Source: Malacoraja senta (taxonomy: Eukaryota). From it: a DNA stretch of 64,000 nt. Positions 48,991 through 60,565 of this stretch are shown here, piece after piece. Position 1 is the first letter of the stretch; each line of letters opens with the position of its first letter. The stretch is taken from assembly GCA_038087875.1 (NCBI GenBank), contig CM075978.1:134292001-134356000 (forward strand), written 5' to 3'. Below the pieces are notes generated by a model, which saw only the letters and a list, made by a program, of their open reading frames with translations, did no database searches and was not told the DNA's origin. Both the position numbers and the translations under genes were made by a program.

Positions 48991-51482
48991 CACCTCCATT
49001 TTCTTTTTATTTGATAGTCATTTTATTAATTAGCTGGCCATCACATTTTATAAATTTCATTGGTAGCTCAATTAAGCCACATCATTTAGATGCAATGATA
49101 TAAAATTTATATTAATTTTATCTTCCAGGAGGTTTTAGCCTGGTAAATGCAATATAATCTTCTGTTTGCCAAAGTGCCACTGGCGTAACAGATGTAACCC
49201 TGTAAAATTGCTTTGTGCAACTCATGATCTTATGGGATTTTAGCCTTGTGGCAAATCTGTAATAATAATTTAGGCATTAATGATCATTGTTATTTTCCAC
49301 CAGAAAATTTTGTTTTAGATGTGGATTTTTTTACTCTGATGCATCATGCTTGATTTTAAAAATAATGTAGTAAGGAACACTGGATAACAAAGTTTACCAG
49401 TTTTTAAAGTAGTTGAAAGAGAAGGCCCATGCCCGCAACATAGAGAGCTGGTTGGGAATATAATTGAGAGGTTGAGATGCCATGATTAGAATGGTCTTGT
49501 ATTTCCAAACCAGAGAGAGGGAGAGAGTGACAAATTATAGTTTAGTTAATTGTATGTTTTAACTAAGTGGATTCAACATAAACCATTATTACTTTATCAA
49601 TTTAACTCTGTGCTAAATATACATTAGAGGGCATATTGTGAACTGTTCTTGATCTTAATTTTTTTTTAATGTAAAATTTTAACATTGTTTCATGTTGGCG
49701 TGGACCTGCACATTCCATTTATAATGAACAGAAAGATGCTATATATATATATAACTGTTTAGTGTTCCTGTATTAATATTCTAATATTGTCAATTCATTC
49801 AACCCTAATCTCTCTTTCCCAGTAGTCTTCCTTCAGTAATCTGGATTGGGTACGTCAGAATTCACCAGTTGGTTTTTAAATTTTTGTATTTGAACTGAAA
49901 CTGACAAATGGATTCTAAAGGAGTGCATTCCTGAATAGGAATTTAAATTGGGATATAGTTCAAAAGATGATATCCTTGCAAGTCAGCAGTTTTCCATATG
50001 GTAATGTCTACCTTGCAATATTTAGTTTGCATCTTTAAAGCATTTTGAAGGTTCTGTCTGTTTCTCGTCATTCCATTATTTCCTTCAGCGCAGGCAAACA
50101 TTGATTCTTTTAGTTCTCGGCACTTCATGTGCCACTGCAGAACAGCTTGCTATACTTCCTTTCATTTGCCATCGTCATTTCACTTATGCATTATGACAGA
50201 TGGCAGTGGAGAGTGTAATGCTCTTTTAGTCTTCCCTATCAGTCTAATGGAGGTCACAGAAGGTTTTTCAACTCTTCCCTCTTGGTACAAGAAGCATGTC
50301 AATCATGAGTTATCATCTTAGCCATCATTAAGCTTTCGAAATACAAAGCATCAGCTTGATCGAGTTGCTTAAGAGTTTGTTCGCTCAGATAGGATCTCCA
50401 TTTACAATGATTTCACCTCAAATAAATTAGTAGATCTTTTCAAAATGACTTGTGTAGCCATGGAAGTTAACAGCATTTTTGCTCTTAAATGTAATCTTCA
50501 ATATAATACCCTTTGGAATAACTTCTGGAAAGCACCCCTTAATTGACCTTCCGGGGCCCACATTGATTTTCTCCACATGCATCTTCATTTCTGATAAATT
50601 ATAAAGCCATTAATTTGTGGAGGAAATGGTGGGCGAACTGCAGCGCAGATGTGCCAAAACACTACTAATGCACAAAGCACAAAAGAGTGCCAAGGAAGCT
50701 ATTTGAAAAACAGAATTGCTAGATTGTTACGGTTAGCCTCGCATTAAACTTTCTCCTGGGAACTATTTTAGGAAGCTTCTGTCTACAGAGCTGAAGGGTA
50801 GTAATATTTGCAGATAAATAGGGTTCTTTATCAATGTAAGAAAAAAAATATTGATCAGCTGGCCCCTGGGGGCTCTTTGTCTGTCAGAAAACTAACCTTT
50901 CGTACATCTTGGTTCAGTACCCCTGCGTAGGTCAGATATCTCCAGATCTATTCGCTAACCTCTCTGTGCAAGGTTTCTAGGCATACTGTGTTCTCTGCTA
51001 TGAGCAAAGATGTTTAATTTTTAACTTTATATTAATGCCCTTATTTGTTTTGTGAGTTTCTTTTGCATCTCCAGCTAACTTGTTAAATTGTAATGTCAGT
51101 TGTGACTTATTCTGACACAATATAATAGCTGTTTTCATTTCTTCTCGAATACTGCAGCTTTTATCAGTGAATTAACAACACTGTAAGACTTGTGATGATT
51201 GTAAGTGTTGTATCCATTATTATTAATCTATAGACAGTGTAATATTTCTGTTCTCTCCTGATTAATGTCTGGGGTAATAGTAGTGCACATCAAAATAACA
51301 TTTTGTGTATCTTCTTTTTAACTTTGAACGTGAGGATATTGTGGGACTATTGGTTAGTTTTTTTTAATTTATTTAGTCTTTTCAGAGGGTCACCAAGACA
51401 TTGCTCAGCAGAAGTGTTCTCTTCAAACAGTGTTGTTTCCCATAAATGCTCCGTAGATTTTCCTTGACGCTCAGCATCATAC

Positions 51483-51590
51483 ATACAGGAGGGACTGTCA
51501 CCCAACCACCTCAAAAAGGCGAAGCTGATGTTCTTCTACACGCGGTACCCCAGTTCAAACATGCTGAAGATGTTCTTCTCTGACGTGAAG
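51483..51590 (+). CDS. PROX1: PROX1 exon 3 (start of homeo-prospero domain)
   Basis: 108 nt encoding [36 protein letters not shown]. Preceded by U12 branch site TTCCTTGAC and an AC acceptor; followed by GTAAGT donor at 51591. Missing from the ORF track. Confidence 0.96.
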
Positions 51591-52529
51591 GTAAGTCTGA
51601 GGAGATTATTACATTTTCTGTGGTCACGCCTATTGCAACAAGAACAAAAAAACAATGATGGTTCTTGTCTTCTATGTACTCATTAAATAGTTCTTGATGT
51701 AGTTATAGACTGAGCACAGGGATGGTGAGTAAACTGACAGATTCAGGCCGCATTATTCAAATGAGAATATGAAGGCTGTCCAATAGCAGCAGCACCCTCC
51801 CTCTGCTCCTCGTATATTTACCCCTAATCTCCAGTTTCGCTTTTCTGATTTGAACTAGCTGTTCTTCGACCAACTCCCAGTGTCACCTGCAAAATGGCTA
51901 TTACATTTGTTATAAACGCTTGGAATATTAAGTGTTAGTTTGTTTGAAATTATCTTAATAAAAACAGTCTGAGACCATTGTGGAACTACTACATCAGATA
52001 ATTTTCATCAAACTTGGAATATTGGTTAGTTTTTTTCATTTAGTCATGTCGGAGAATCAGTAAAACATTGCTCAGCAGAAGTGTCTTCTTCACACAGCGT
52101 CTGAATGGATAGATCCACATTTCCCTCCCTCGGGTTGGAAATTTTTACAACTTGTTAATGATTGTTACACATTCAACGCAACACACATTCCTGCAGAGTA
52201 TCCTTTCATCAAGAGAATGAACAAAATCACAGTTGTGATAAACTGTAGTTTGGATATCGGTCAATATAAAGTGAAACCACGTTTTATAATTTTAAGAATA
52301 TTATGTAGAAACTAAACAAACTTTAAAGGATTATTGCACAAATTTATGTTTTCCTACTGAGCTTTTAAGCCTTTTGCATTTGACATTTTCCCATGGTTTG
52401 CTGTAAGTGGGATATTAATAACCATGTTCAGTATCATTGATGTAGTTTTTTTTAATGTTAAAAAAAAATCTAATCGTAAGAGTGGTTTCCATTTTTACTG
52501 ATGTTCCAATTTATTAGAAGTGCATGTTG

Positions 52530-53320
52530 AATAAGCGATTTCGGTATTCTGAAAAAACGCAAGGAATCATGGGATTTGTCAAAGGTCACTCGCTATAAAG
52601 AAAAAGCGAACAAAGCCTTGGCTATATAAACTATAAATTCTTATCTTTATTCATGATATATGTGTAAAAATATATTTAATCTTAGGAACAGGGGTGCCAG
52701 GTACTGGGAGAGCAGGTTGTAACAGAGAGAGAGAGAGAGGGCAGATGCGAGTGGGAGACAGGGGGAGAGACTAGACCGGCGGAGAGATATTCTTGGCAGT
52801 TGCGCGCGCACAGATTCGCACATCTGCAGCCAGGATCGAACCCAGGTCCCCGTCGCCGCAAACATTGCTTACCGCCATTGGACCGTCCCCGTCCCCCCTA
52901 GAGCAAAGCCGAATCGGAGCCATCGCCCCCGCGCCGGCTGCAAGTCCAGGGCCGCCACCACTCTGCGCTGGCCCCGGACTGCTGGCCAACCCGGCGGGAC
53001 AGTCCAGGGCTGCCTGCCATCCCGGCGGGACAAGCAGAGCCGAGCTGGAGCCAGCCCCTCCCCCCGTGCCGGCTGCAAGTCCAGGGCCGCCAGGGCCACC
53101 ATGGACACCTCTGGCCACCCCCGGACAGGGACTGGACATCCGGGAGGGGACGGGGACGGCCCAGCAGCAACTCAAAAGCGCCCGCAGCGCCAGAGACCCG
53201 ACCCCGACCACGGACACAACGCAAGCCTGCACACAACGCAGCACCACAGTTGCCGAGAATGTTTATATCGAGTGACTTATGACCTGGGCATGCGCAGTCG
53301 GAATACCGAACTCGCCTATT
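52530..53320. mobile_element. TIR element (possibly ISL2EU-like MITE) with GC-rich interior
   Basis: Inverted ends AATAAGCGATTTCGGTATTC / GAATACCGAACTCGCCTATT (18/20), plus a second inverted motif GTCACTCGCTATAA / TTATATCGAGTGAC. Can be read as AT TSD + element 52533-53317. Confidence 0.65.
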
Positions 53321-53619
53321 ATGTACAGATTTTGGACTGTACATAACTAAGTTACTTTAACCAATCTAAAAATTGCAAAAGCAGTCCTTTATCAAGATAC
53401 AAATTGTGAAGATTATTAATGCTTAGTTAAGAATAATTACAATTTGTGGATCATTCATTGTATCCCCTTAATTATGAGAAGTCTCATTTAGGGTTGGAAA
53501 TTGCAACTGTTTTTGTATGTGATCCAAATTTTAGAAGCCAACAACACAATATCAAATAAGTGATGTTTTATTTAAATCAAAGGTTAAACTTCCAGGTTAC
53601 TATTCACCATGAAGACTAA

Positions 53620-54129
53620 AGGGCCTGTCCCACGGGCAGGCGACTCCAGGCGGCAAGCGCGACCTAGCAGGAAGCGGAGGCCACGCGGGGTCGGTCCCAC
53701 GTAGATCGCTGGAGCCGTATGTAGTTGGTCCCGACACCGCGCGGGGCTCAGAAAAACTGACACTGTCCAAAAATCCTGTGCAGCAACGGGCTGCCGCCCC
53801 GCTGCCGCCTCGACGCCGCGAGCACCGCCTCGACGCCGCGAGCATTGCCTGGATGCCACGCACCGTCTCGACGGAGTAGGCTAGCGCATTGCGTTGCGCG
53901 ATGACGTCATCACCCGACGCCGCGCTCGCCGCATGCATTCGCATGCTCGTGGGACGGGCCGTACGGTAATCACTCGTCCTCCGTGCGGCAACCGCTTCTG
54001 GTTAGGTTGCGCTTTCCGCATGCTCGTGGGACGGGCCGTACGGTGGCACCCGCGCGGCAGCCGCGCAGCCCCCGCTTCCGGGGAAGTCGCGCTTGCCGCC
54101 TGGAATCGCCTGCCCGTGGGACAGGCCCT
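53620..54129. mobile_element. PIF/Harbinger-type MITE (copy C), GC/CpG-rich, in PROX1 intron 3
   Basis: 44-bp TIR AGGGCCTGTCCCACGGGCAGGCGACTCCAGGCGGCAAGCGCGAC with one mismatch; TAA TSD (53617-53619, 54130-54132). Confidence 0.87.
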
Positions 54130-55223
54130 TAATGTGGTTGAGGTTTTTGACAGGGCATTTAAGGGGCATTCATAATATCATGTATCTTTTTTATCAATCT
54201 TTCTCCAAAACAAAATATATATTAAGACCAATTTCAGTTTAAGCGTTGTATATTTCTAAATATATCTTCAGAATATCTCTACTTAGACCATTTATACTTT
54301 GAGAGATGATAGGGCTAAATCCCATCCCATTGTAGATAACTACCGCAAATGCACCCTGGAAGCCAGATTATCAACACATACCTGGAATAAAGAGAGAATT
54401 AACAATTATGGAGTGAAATAATGAAATGACAAGCAATTGACAAGTGCTTTTCACATCCTCTGAATATCCCAATGCTTTTTTAGTCAATCAGATAATTGCA
54501 CCAGTGGCAACTATAACAGCATTATTACTTACTGAACAAGTATCAGCCAAGAATGTGTGTTTAAATTCTGGAAATAGTGCTTGAATCCACAACTGTCTAA
54601 AGTAACAGTGCTATTAATGCTTCAATTTAACTTATTATATCCACATTTAACTTTTCCTACAGTCTTTCTCAGTTATGGCTGGTTTTTCCCCTTGTTCACC
54701 CACACCCCTCCAAGAAAGTAGCATGTTCCATTAAAATATTTCCACTGGGTTTCCACAAACTAACAGGTTATAAATATTTATACTGCTAATAGTTATCATC
54801 AGTTGTAGATATTTTCCTAAATTTTTTCATGCAGATGGCTGGATTATCTGCCTATTTGAAGACAATTAGTAATTAAGGTGATAGAGTAACTGTTCTGAAT
54901 TTATTTTGAGGAATGAATGATTTTTTGCTTTCTCACATTGAGTATTGTGTATTAGAATAGTGGACCTGACAAGGAAGGTCTCTGTATGCTCCTTCCTCAA
55001 CTGCGAGCTTTGCTTTCCATCTTTTTAATGGCGGGGTATTACCAATAAGACCAGGTGTTCATATGTAAATGTGAAAACTTTACATATTTGAAATTGCCAT
55101 CACTGGAAGTGATAAACAGCATTGTTGGCCAAGTAGACCTTTTAATCTAAGAGTGACAATCACAAGATACCAGTAGATGTGGTTCCGTGCTAGTAACAGT
55201 ATTTATCAACTGAAAGGCCAGAG

Positions 55224-55538
55224 TAGGGGTTCCCAACCTTTTTCGTCCCGTTCACCCCTGGCAACTTTATTAACACATAATTAACAATGTTACTTCATTA
55301 GTTAATGTTGACAATGAGAGCAAATAGTTAACATTAACAATGAGAAAAAATATGTACAAATCCAGAATCAACAAACATTGCTTATCGCCACTGGACCGTC
55401 CCCGTCCCCCCCAGAGCAAAGCCAAATCGGAGCCATCGCCCCCGCGCCGGCTGCAAGTCCAGGCCCCCCCCCCCCCCCCCCCCCGGTAGGCGAGATTTAC
55501 CCCCTGGGGGTAAATTTACCCCAGGTTGGGAACCCTTG
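55224..55538. mobile_element. hAT (Charlie-like) MITE in PROX1 intron 3
   Basis: TIR TAGGGGTTCCCAACCT / AGGTTGGGAACCCTTG; degenerate 8-bp flanks GGCCAGAG / GGCTCGGG; TTACCCC subterminal repeats. Confidence 0.72.
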
Positions 55539-57064
55539 GGCTCGGGGTAGTTCAGAAGAGCACTGCTCTGGTGCACACCAATCAATTCCAAACATTGCCC
55601 TCCCAATTTTGCTGCACATGCATTGCTTCTCCCTCTTAGAGGGCAAAAAGAACATCTGTTTGTTTTCTATCCTTCCGACAGCTACACTTGAGACGTATGG
55701 AAGTGTGACATTCAAAGTTCATTTATATTCTGATGCACCATCAGTGTTGACAGGCACACAGGACGACCAGCAATGGCAGATTGTTAATATAAAACTACCT
55801 TGTGATTGCATGGTTTAAGATCCATAAAATGTGCCTGGGGTCATTTTTAAACAACTGAAAACCAGTTTGTAGATTGAAGTATATGAGGAAGATCTATTTA
55901 TGGAAGCTTTTAATGGCATTTTTTACTTCAACAATTGAAGGAACATGTGCCCTAAGATTCAAAGGAATACTTACAATTTTTATCATTTTAATATGCCTCG
56001 ATCACTAAAGATTAGCTAATTGTAAAAGTAAACTTTTGACACAATAATTAAAAAGGGTGGACAAAGACATTTCATAAAGGGAAATAACACTGGAACTTTT
56101 TTTTTTTCAGAAGCTTGTGTTAAAACATATATTTAATTTAATTTAAATTTTCCTGTTAAATCTAACCCCTGAACCTCTTTCCACAAGAAATACATACACT
56201 GTCTAAAGTTTCATCAATGGATTTAACTTTGGTCAGCTGTTTCTACGCATTAATTGGACAGTTTACGATTTTGATACAAGACAAAATCCTACCTTTGGAT
56301 TGATGTCATTGTAAGCTTCCATGTAGTTGAATGATGGCCAGCCATAAATTTGGAGGTCCTCACCAAATGAAATGTGCGAATCTTAACAATGAACTCTAAG
56401 ACAAGTACGGTGCAGTGGAGTTATGGGTGGCTATCAGACTTGCTGCTACTTGGCAATTTCCAATATGCATTTGAGTTATTTCTAGTCCAATTATGTACCA
56501 ATCTCTTCGCTCCCCCCAGAATTAAAATGATTTTATTTTTGCTGGTAATACCATGCATTGTAATGCAGAAGTTTGGTGAGGTGGTGTGAATTTACAACCA
56601 CGACCAATACTATTTATTATTCTCCAGTGACTGTACTTGATACATTCATTATTATTGCACAAAAAGGAATTAAGTGGAATTTTTAAAAATAAATACCCAA
56701 TAGTTTTTTTCAGTTTGGTGTACTTTTTATTACTTAAATATTGATGTAATGCCAGGCGTACTTAGGATAAATAGTGTAATGGAAAGTTTGCTTCTGGAGT
56801 AATTAATTTGCTGAATTCTTGGAAACCTATTACTTGCAGCATCGAATATTACTTGGTCTGGCTTTATCACCAATTTAAAAAAAGAATCCTGAGCTTCAAA
56901 TGGTCTCTCATGTTAATGCCTAGAAACGCTTCACAGGTTTGAAGGGAAAGTTGAGGTAGAGACAGTGAATTTTCCCAGTTTATGAAATTAATTCCCTTGG
57001 ATTCTGAACAATTTCTAGCCAATATAGCCATTAATCTAAAAATATATCATTAGTAGGAGCATGT

Positions 57065-57290
57065 CAAAACTGCTGGAAGATCTCAGCGTGTCACGCAGCA
57101 TCGGAGGAGGCATGGGCTAGGTGAATGTTGTGGGCTGAGACCATGGTGGGTGGATGGGTCCAGATGAAAGGGTTTCAACCCACAACATTGATTAACCTTT
57201 TGCCTTCATAGGTGCTGCCTGATCCACTGAGTTTTCCCAGTGGTTATTGTTTTGCTCCAGATTACAGCACCTGCAGTCTCTTGTGTCTCT
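57065..57290. mobile_element. Old, diverged Penelope pLTR-derived palindromic repeat
   Basis: TGCTGGAAGATCTCAGCGTGTCACGCAGCATC ... GTGCTGCCTGATCCACTGAG ... CAGCACCTGCAGT. Confidence 0.55.
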
Positions 57291-60184
57291 ATGTAATAGT
57301 AGCAAGATTGGGCTCACAACCCTTTGAACCTACTTTATGGTTCAATACTCCAATCCCTGATTCTGTGCATCATTCACTATCCCCACCTGAGCTCCCTATC
57401 CCTCTGTTCCTTTAGTGTATTCAGTCATTGAGTATATTCGGTCTTGAATATACTTGATGTTTAAGTATCCACAATATTGGAAATTCCAACCATTTTCAGC
57501 CCTCTGTTTAATTTTTTTTTTAAATTTTTTTATCCTCAGTATTAAACAGTCAGTCGCTTATTCTGAGATTACACTTCCTGGTGTTGGATTCTCTTCTCTA
57601 AGGACTGACTTCTTTGCAACTAGCCTGTTCTTTTTTACATTTTTATATAATTTTGCAGAAATACCTCATTTTAATTGATTGAAAGATGCAGCATGGAAAC
57701 ACCATACTTCAGCCCACAGAGTCCACGCTGAACATCAATCACCCGTTCACACTAATTCTATGTTTTTTTAAACTCCAGTTATGCACATTTTTCTCAGTCA
57801 ACATGGGACAATGTTCCCATTCCATATCAGTTTTTCGCAAGCAGAAATGGCAACTGGAATGACTAATGCTGCACCTAGTTGCTATATATTTTGGATGCTT
57901 TGCAAAACTGCTGTTAAATTTTAATTGCTAAGGTGAAGTTATTTGCAAGGGAACCAGCACAGCATTTAAGATTAAGACAATTAAATAAAGAGCCATTTTT
58001 GTATTATTCAGGTATTGTGATTAATATTATTTCTTAAAATAACCAAAATATTTAGAATCACTCATGATCACCGAGAGCGGAGTTCATCAATATATTAAAA
58101 ATCTAATTTTCTCTTCTACCCTCTTGCGGTCTGACAACCCCAACCCCACCAACCCCCAAACATTGACTAGTCGATCACTGCCTAACTAGATTAAGGTGTC
58201 AAATTGATTTGTTTTATGGGTCTTTTGACTGTGCTCATTGAATATTTAGGAAGTTTCTTCAGCAAACACTGGGATTGGACATGTCCCACGGGAAGCATTA
58301 ATCCGTCTCGGGAACAACTAGGTTGCAAAAAGAAGAGGCCTTCTCTTGTTCCTGTCACTTGTTTGTGATGCACCACTGAAAACCTTAAAGATCAAGATTA
58401 CTATGTTTGTTTAAAAAAAACTAATTCGGGAACTGTTAATGTTTGATAAGCAAAAAGTGACACAAGTCTTAAATGCTGAGCCCTCATGTTTGAGTGGCTC
58501 TGTTGTTTTGGCCAGTGCATCTCTGGTATTTCAATTCTGTAACAATAGGTTTTAAATCTCCCTTTATACCCTTCTACCAAACACTGTCATGTGGACTTAT
58601 TTTTTTTTTGTAGTCCCATTAGGTCATCTACAGGCCATTCTAGAAAAAATACCCTTTCTTTTTTCTCTATTCTTGCATGTAGGAGACAATGTCTTGTGAC
58701 AATACTGAAGCTTAATCTCCATGTCAAAGCAATTTTCATTCCCGGGTGCGCAGGCTGCTATCGTTTTGTTATGTTTTGTTTCTTATACTAAAAGAATTAA
58801 AAAGGAACAGTAGTCGTCATGGGGCCTGCAGTTCTTATCTCAGTGTCTGGAAATTTGGACAGTGTATTTTGCTGCAGAGATAACATGGAAAGAACTCAGA
58901 GTTCAGCAAATAGTAATGGGTTTAAGTTCTATTGAAATCAACAGCAAATCAGATAATGGGGTCCTTCAGTTGTCTTTTTAATCAGGTCCCCGCAAGGCTG
59001 AATGGAGACAGAACAGACACACAGAGTGAAAATATAATTCTTGGATAGGTTAAGTACATGTTTGAACTCTTGCAGTCAGAGTGATTTGATGATGACTTAA
59101 TCATTTTCTGGTCAATTATCTGTGAGGACCCTTGCAACTGGAAGGCAATTATGATGCAAGCTGGCCTTTAGGAGCTGCACCAGCTTCCACTTCTGTTTCC
59201 ATGTTACTTAGCCTTCACTGCCATGAATTTTCATTCACTTCATTATCTTAAATTCACTGGAATAGAAACAACTTTCTGCTTTGTAATTACACACCCATTA
59301 ACTGTCAGCTTGATAGAAGCAGGCAGCCCTCTTCGTGGCCAGAGCAAGTGCTTGATAAGTGCTCACTGTGATTTTTGATTAATGCACACTTTGTGCCGTA
59401 AATGGGAAGAAAAATGATAGATGTCTATGTTGAGAAAAGCCTTTCTGATGTACAGGCAGTATAAATGTAATGGGTTTAACTTGACTGATAGAGATTTAGC
59501 TGACCTTGAACATACATGAAATCCTATTGGAGAGGAGGCCAACATTTGTTATAGACTAGTGGGTCCCCATAAATGATCAGGGTCATCAAGCAACTAGGTC
59601 TGAAGTCGGCTACCATGAGCAATCCAACTTCCAAATAGTTTGACAATAGCTATGTCTGGAAGATTGTCCATGACCTTGACACTTTTATGGAGCGAGAGTG
59701 GTTTGAATAACTACTTTGAAAACCATCCACTTTGGTCACTTCAGTTGCCAGCTGTGACTAATATACAAGGTAGCTCTAAAGCCTTGACCTTTAACATTAT
59801 TTAATAGTTCTTGAAATAGAAATGGTGATGTTATTGAGGGGCAGAGAAGAGGCAGAGGTTCTTAGTCAGTTTACATACAATAACTATTTTACTAAACATT
59901 AATTTTCAGTTCGAAATTAATGGCTTGGATATGCAAGCTTTAGTTTTCTTCATGAAATGGGTAAACTGGAAACAGTCCAACCCTTGCTATATGGTTGTGT
60001 TCTTCAAAGTTGGGAAAGAAAGAATATTTGCAATAGCAAAATTGGAGCCTTCTCCTCAGCGGGTGCCTTTTGGTTGTTTGTCAGGAGTTTTGGGAGACAG
60101 GAGTACTTTTAGACACTTTTTATGTCCCCTTGCCTTCCCTTTTGAAATTTGTCTGGTGGGGACCAGGCTCCTTTTGCATCCTAA

Positions 60185-60565
60185 AGAGCCTGTCCCACTT
60201 ACGCGACCATTACAGGCGACTGCCGGCACCTGTGATAGGTCGCCAAAATTTTCAACTTTGAAAATACAGCGGTGACCAGAAAGACGCTACGACTCTTTGG
60301 AGACCTCTCACGACCATAGGAGACCTCTCATGACTATACAGGCGATCCCTGGCGATGTCGCGGGTGACCTCTCACGACCATAGGAGACCTCTCACGACCA
60401 TAGAGCCTGTATGGCCGTGAGAGGTCTCCTATGGTCAAGAGAGGTCTCCAAAGAGTCGTAGCGTCTTTCTGGTCGCCGCTGAATTTTCAACATGTTGAAA
60501 ATCTCGGCAACCTATCACGGGTGCCGGCAGTCGCCTGTAAAGGTCGCGTAAGTGGGCCAGGCCCT
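60185..60565. mobile_element. PIF/Harbinger-type foldback MITE (copy D) in PROX1 intron 3
   Basis: Ends AGAGCCTGTCCCACTTACGCGACC / GGTCGCGTAAGTGGGCCAGGCCCT; TAA TSD (60182-60184, 60566-60568); ~160-bp inverted arms; internal GAGACCTCTCACGACCATA repeats. Confidence 0.87.

Larger units (their letters stand above)
42495..51482 (+). other. U12-type (minor spliceosome) AT-AC intron of PROX1
   Basis: 5'ss ATATCCTTT (42495-42503); branch site TTTTCCTTGAC (51458-51468, A at 51467); terminal AC (51481-51482); no polypyrimidine tract. Splicing joins SPYSGNT to IQEGLSP in frame. Confidence 0.93.

Noticed and set aside
52198-52206. Perfect U12 donor GTATCCTTT in intron 3 (also ATATCCTTG at 49970)
   Set aside because: A 9-mer match is plausible by chance in 64 kb; no associated exon or downstream U12 branch site was seen.
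52647-54175. Overlapping Pro/Gly/Ala/Arg-rich ORFs
   Set aside because: By-products of GC-rich MITE interiors lacking stop codons; no domain motifs.
60298-60400. CRISPR-like array of GAGACCTCTCACGACCATA repeats
   Set aside because: Repeats are adjacent, lack unique equal-length spacers and lie inside a eukaryotic MITE.
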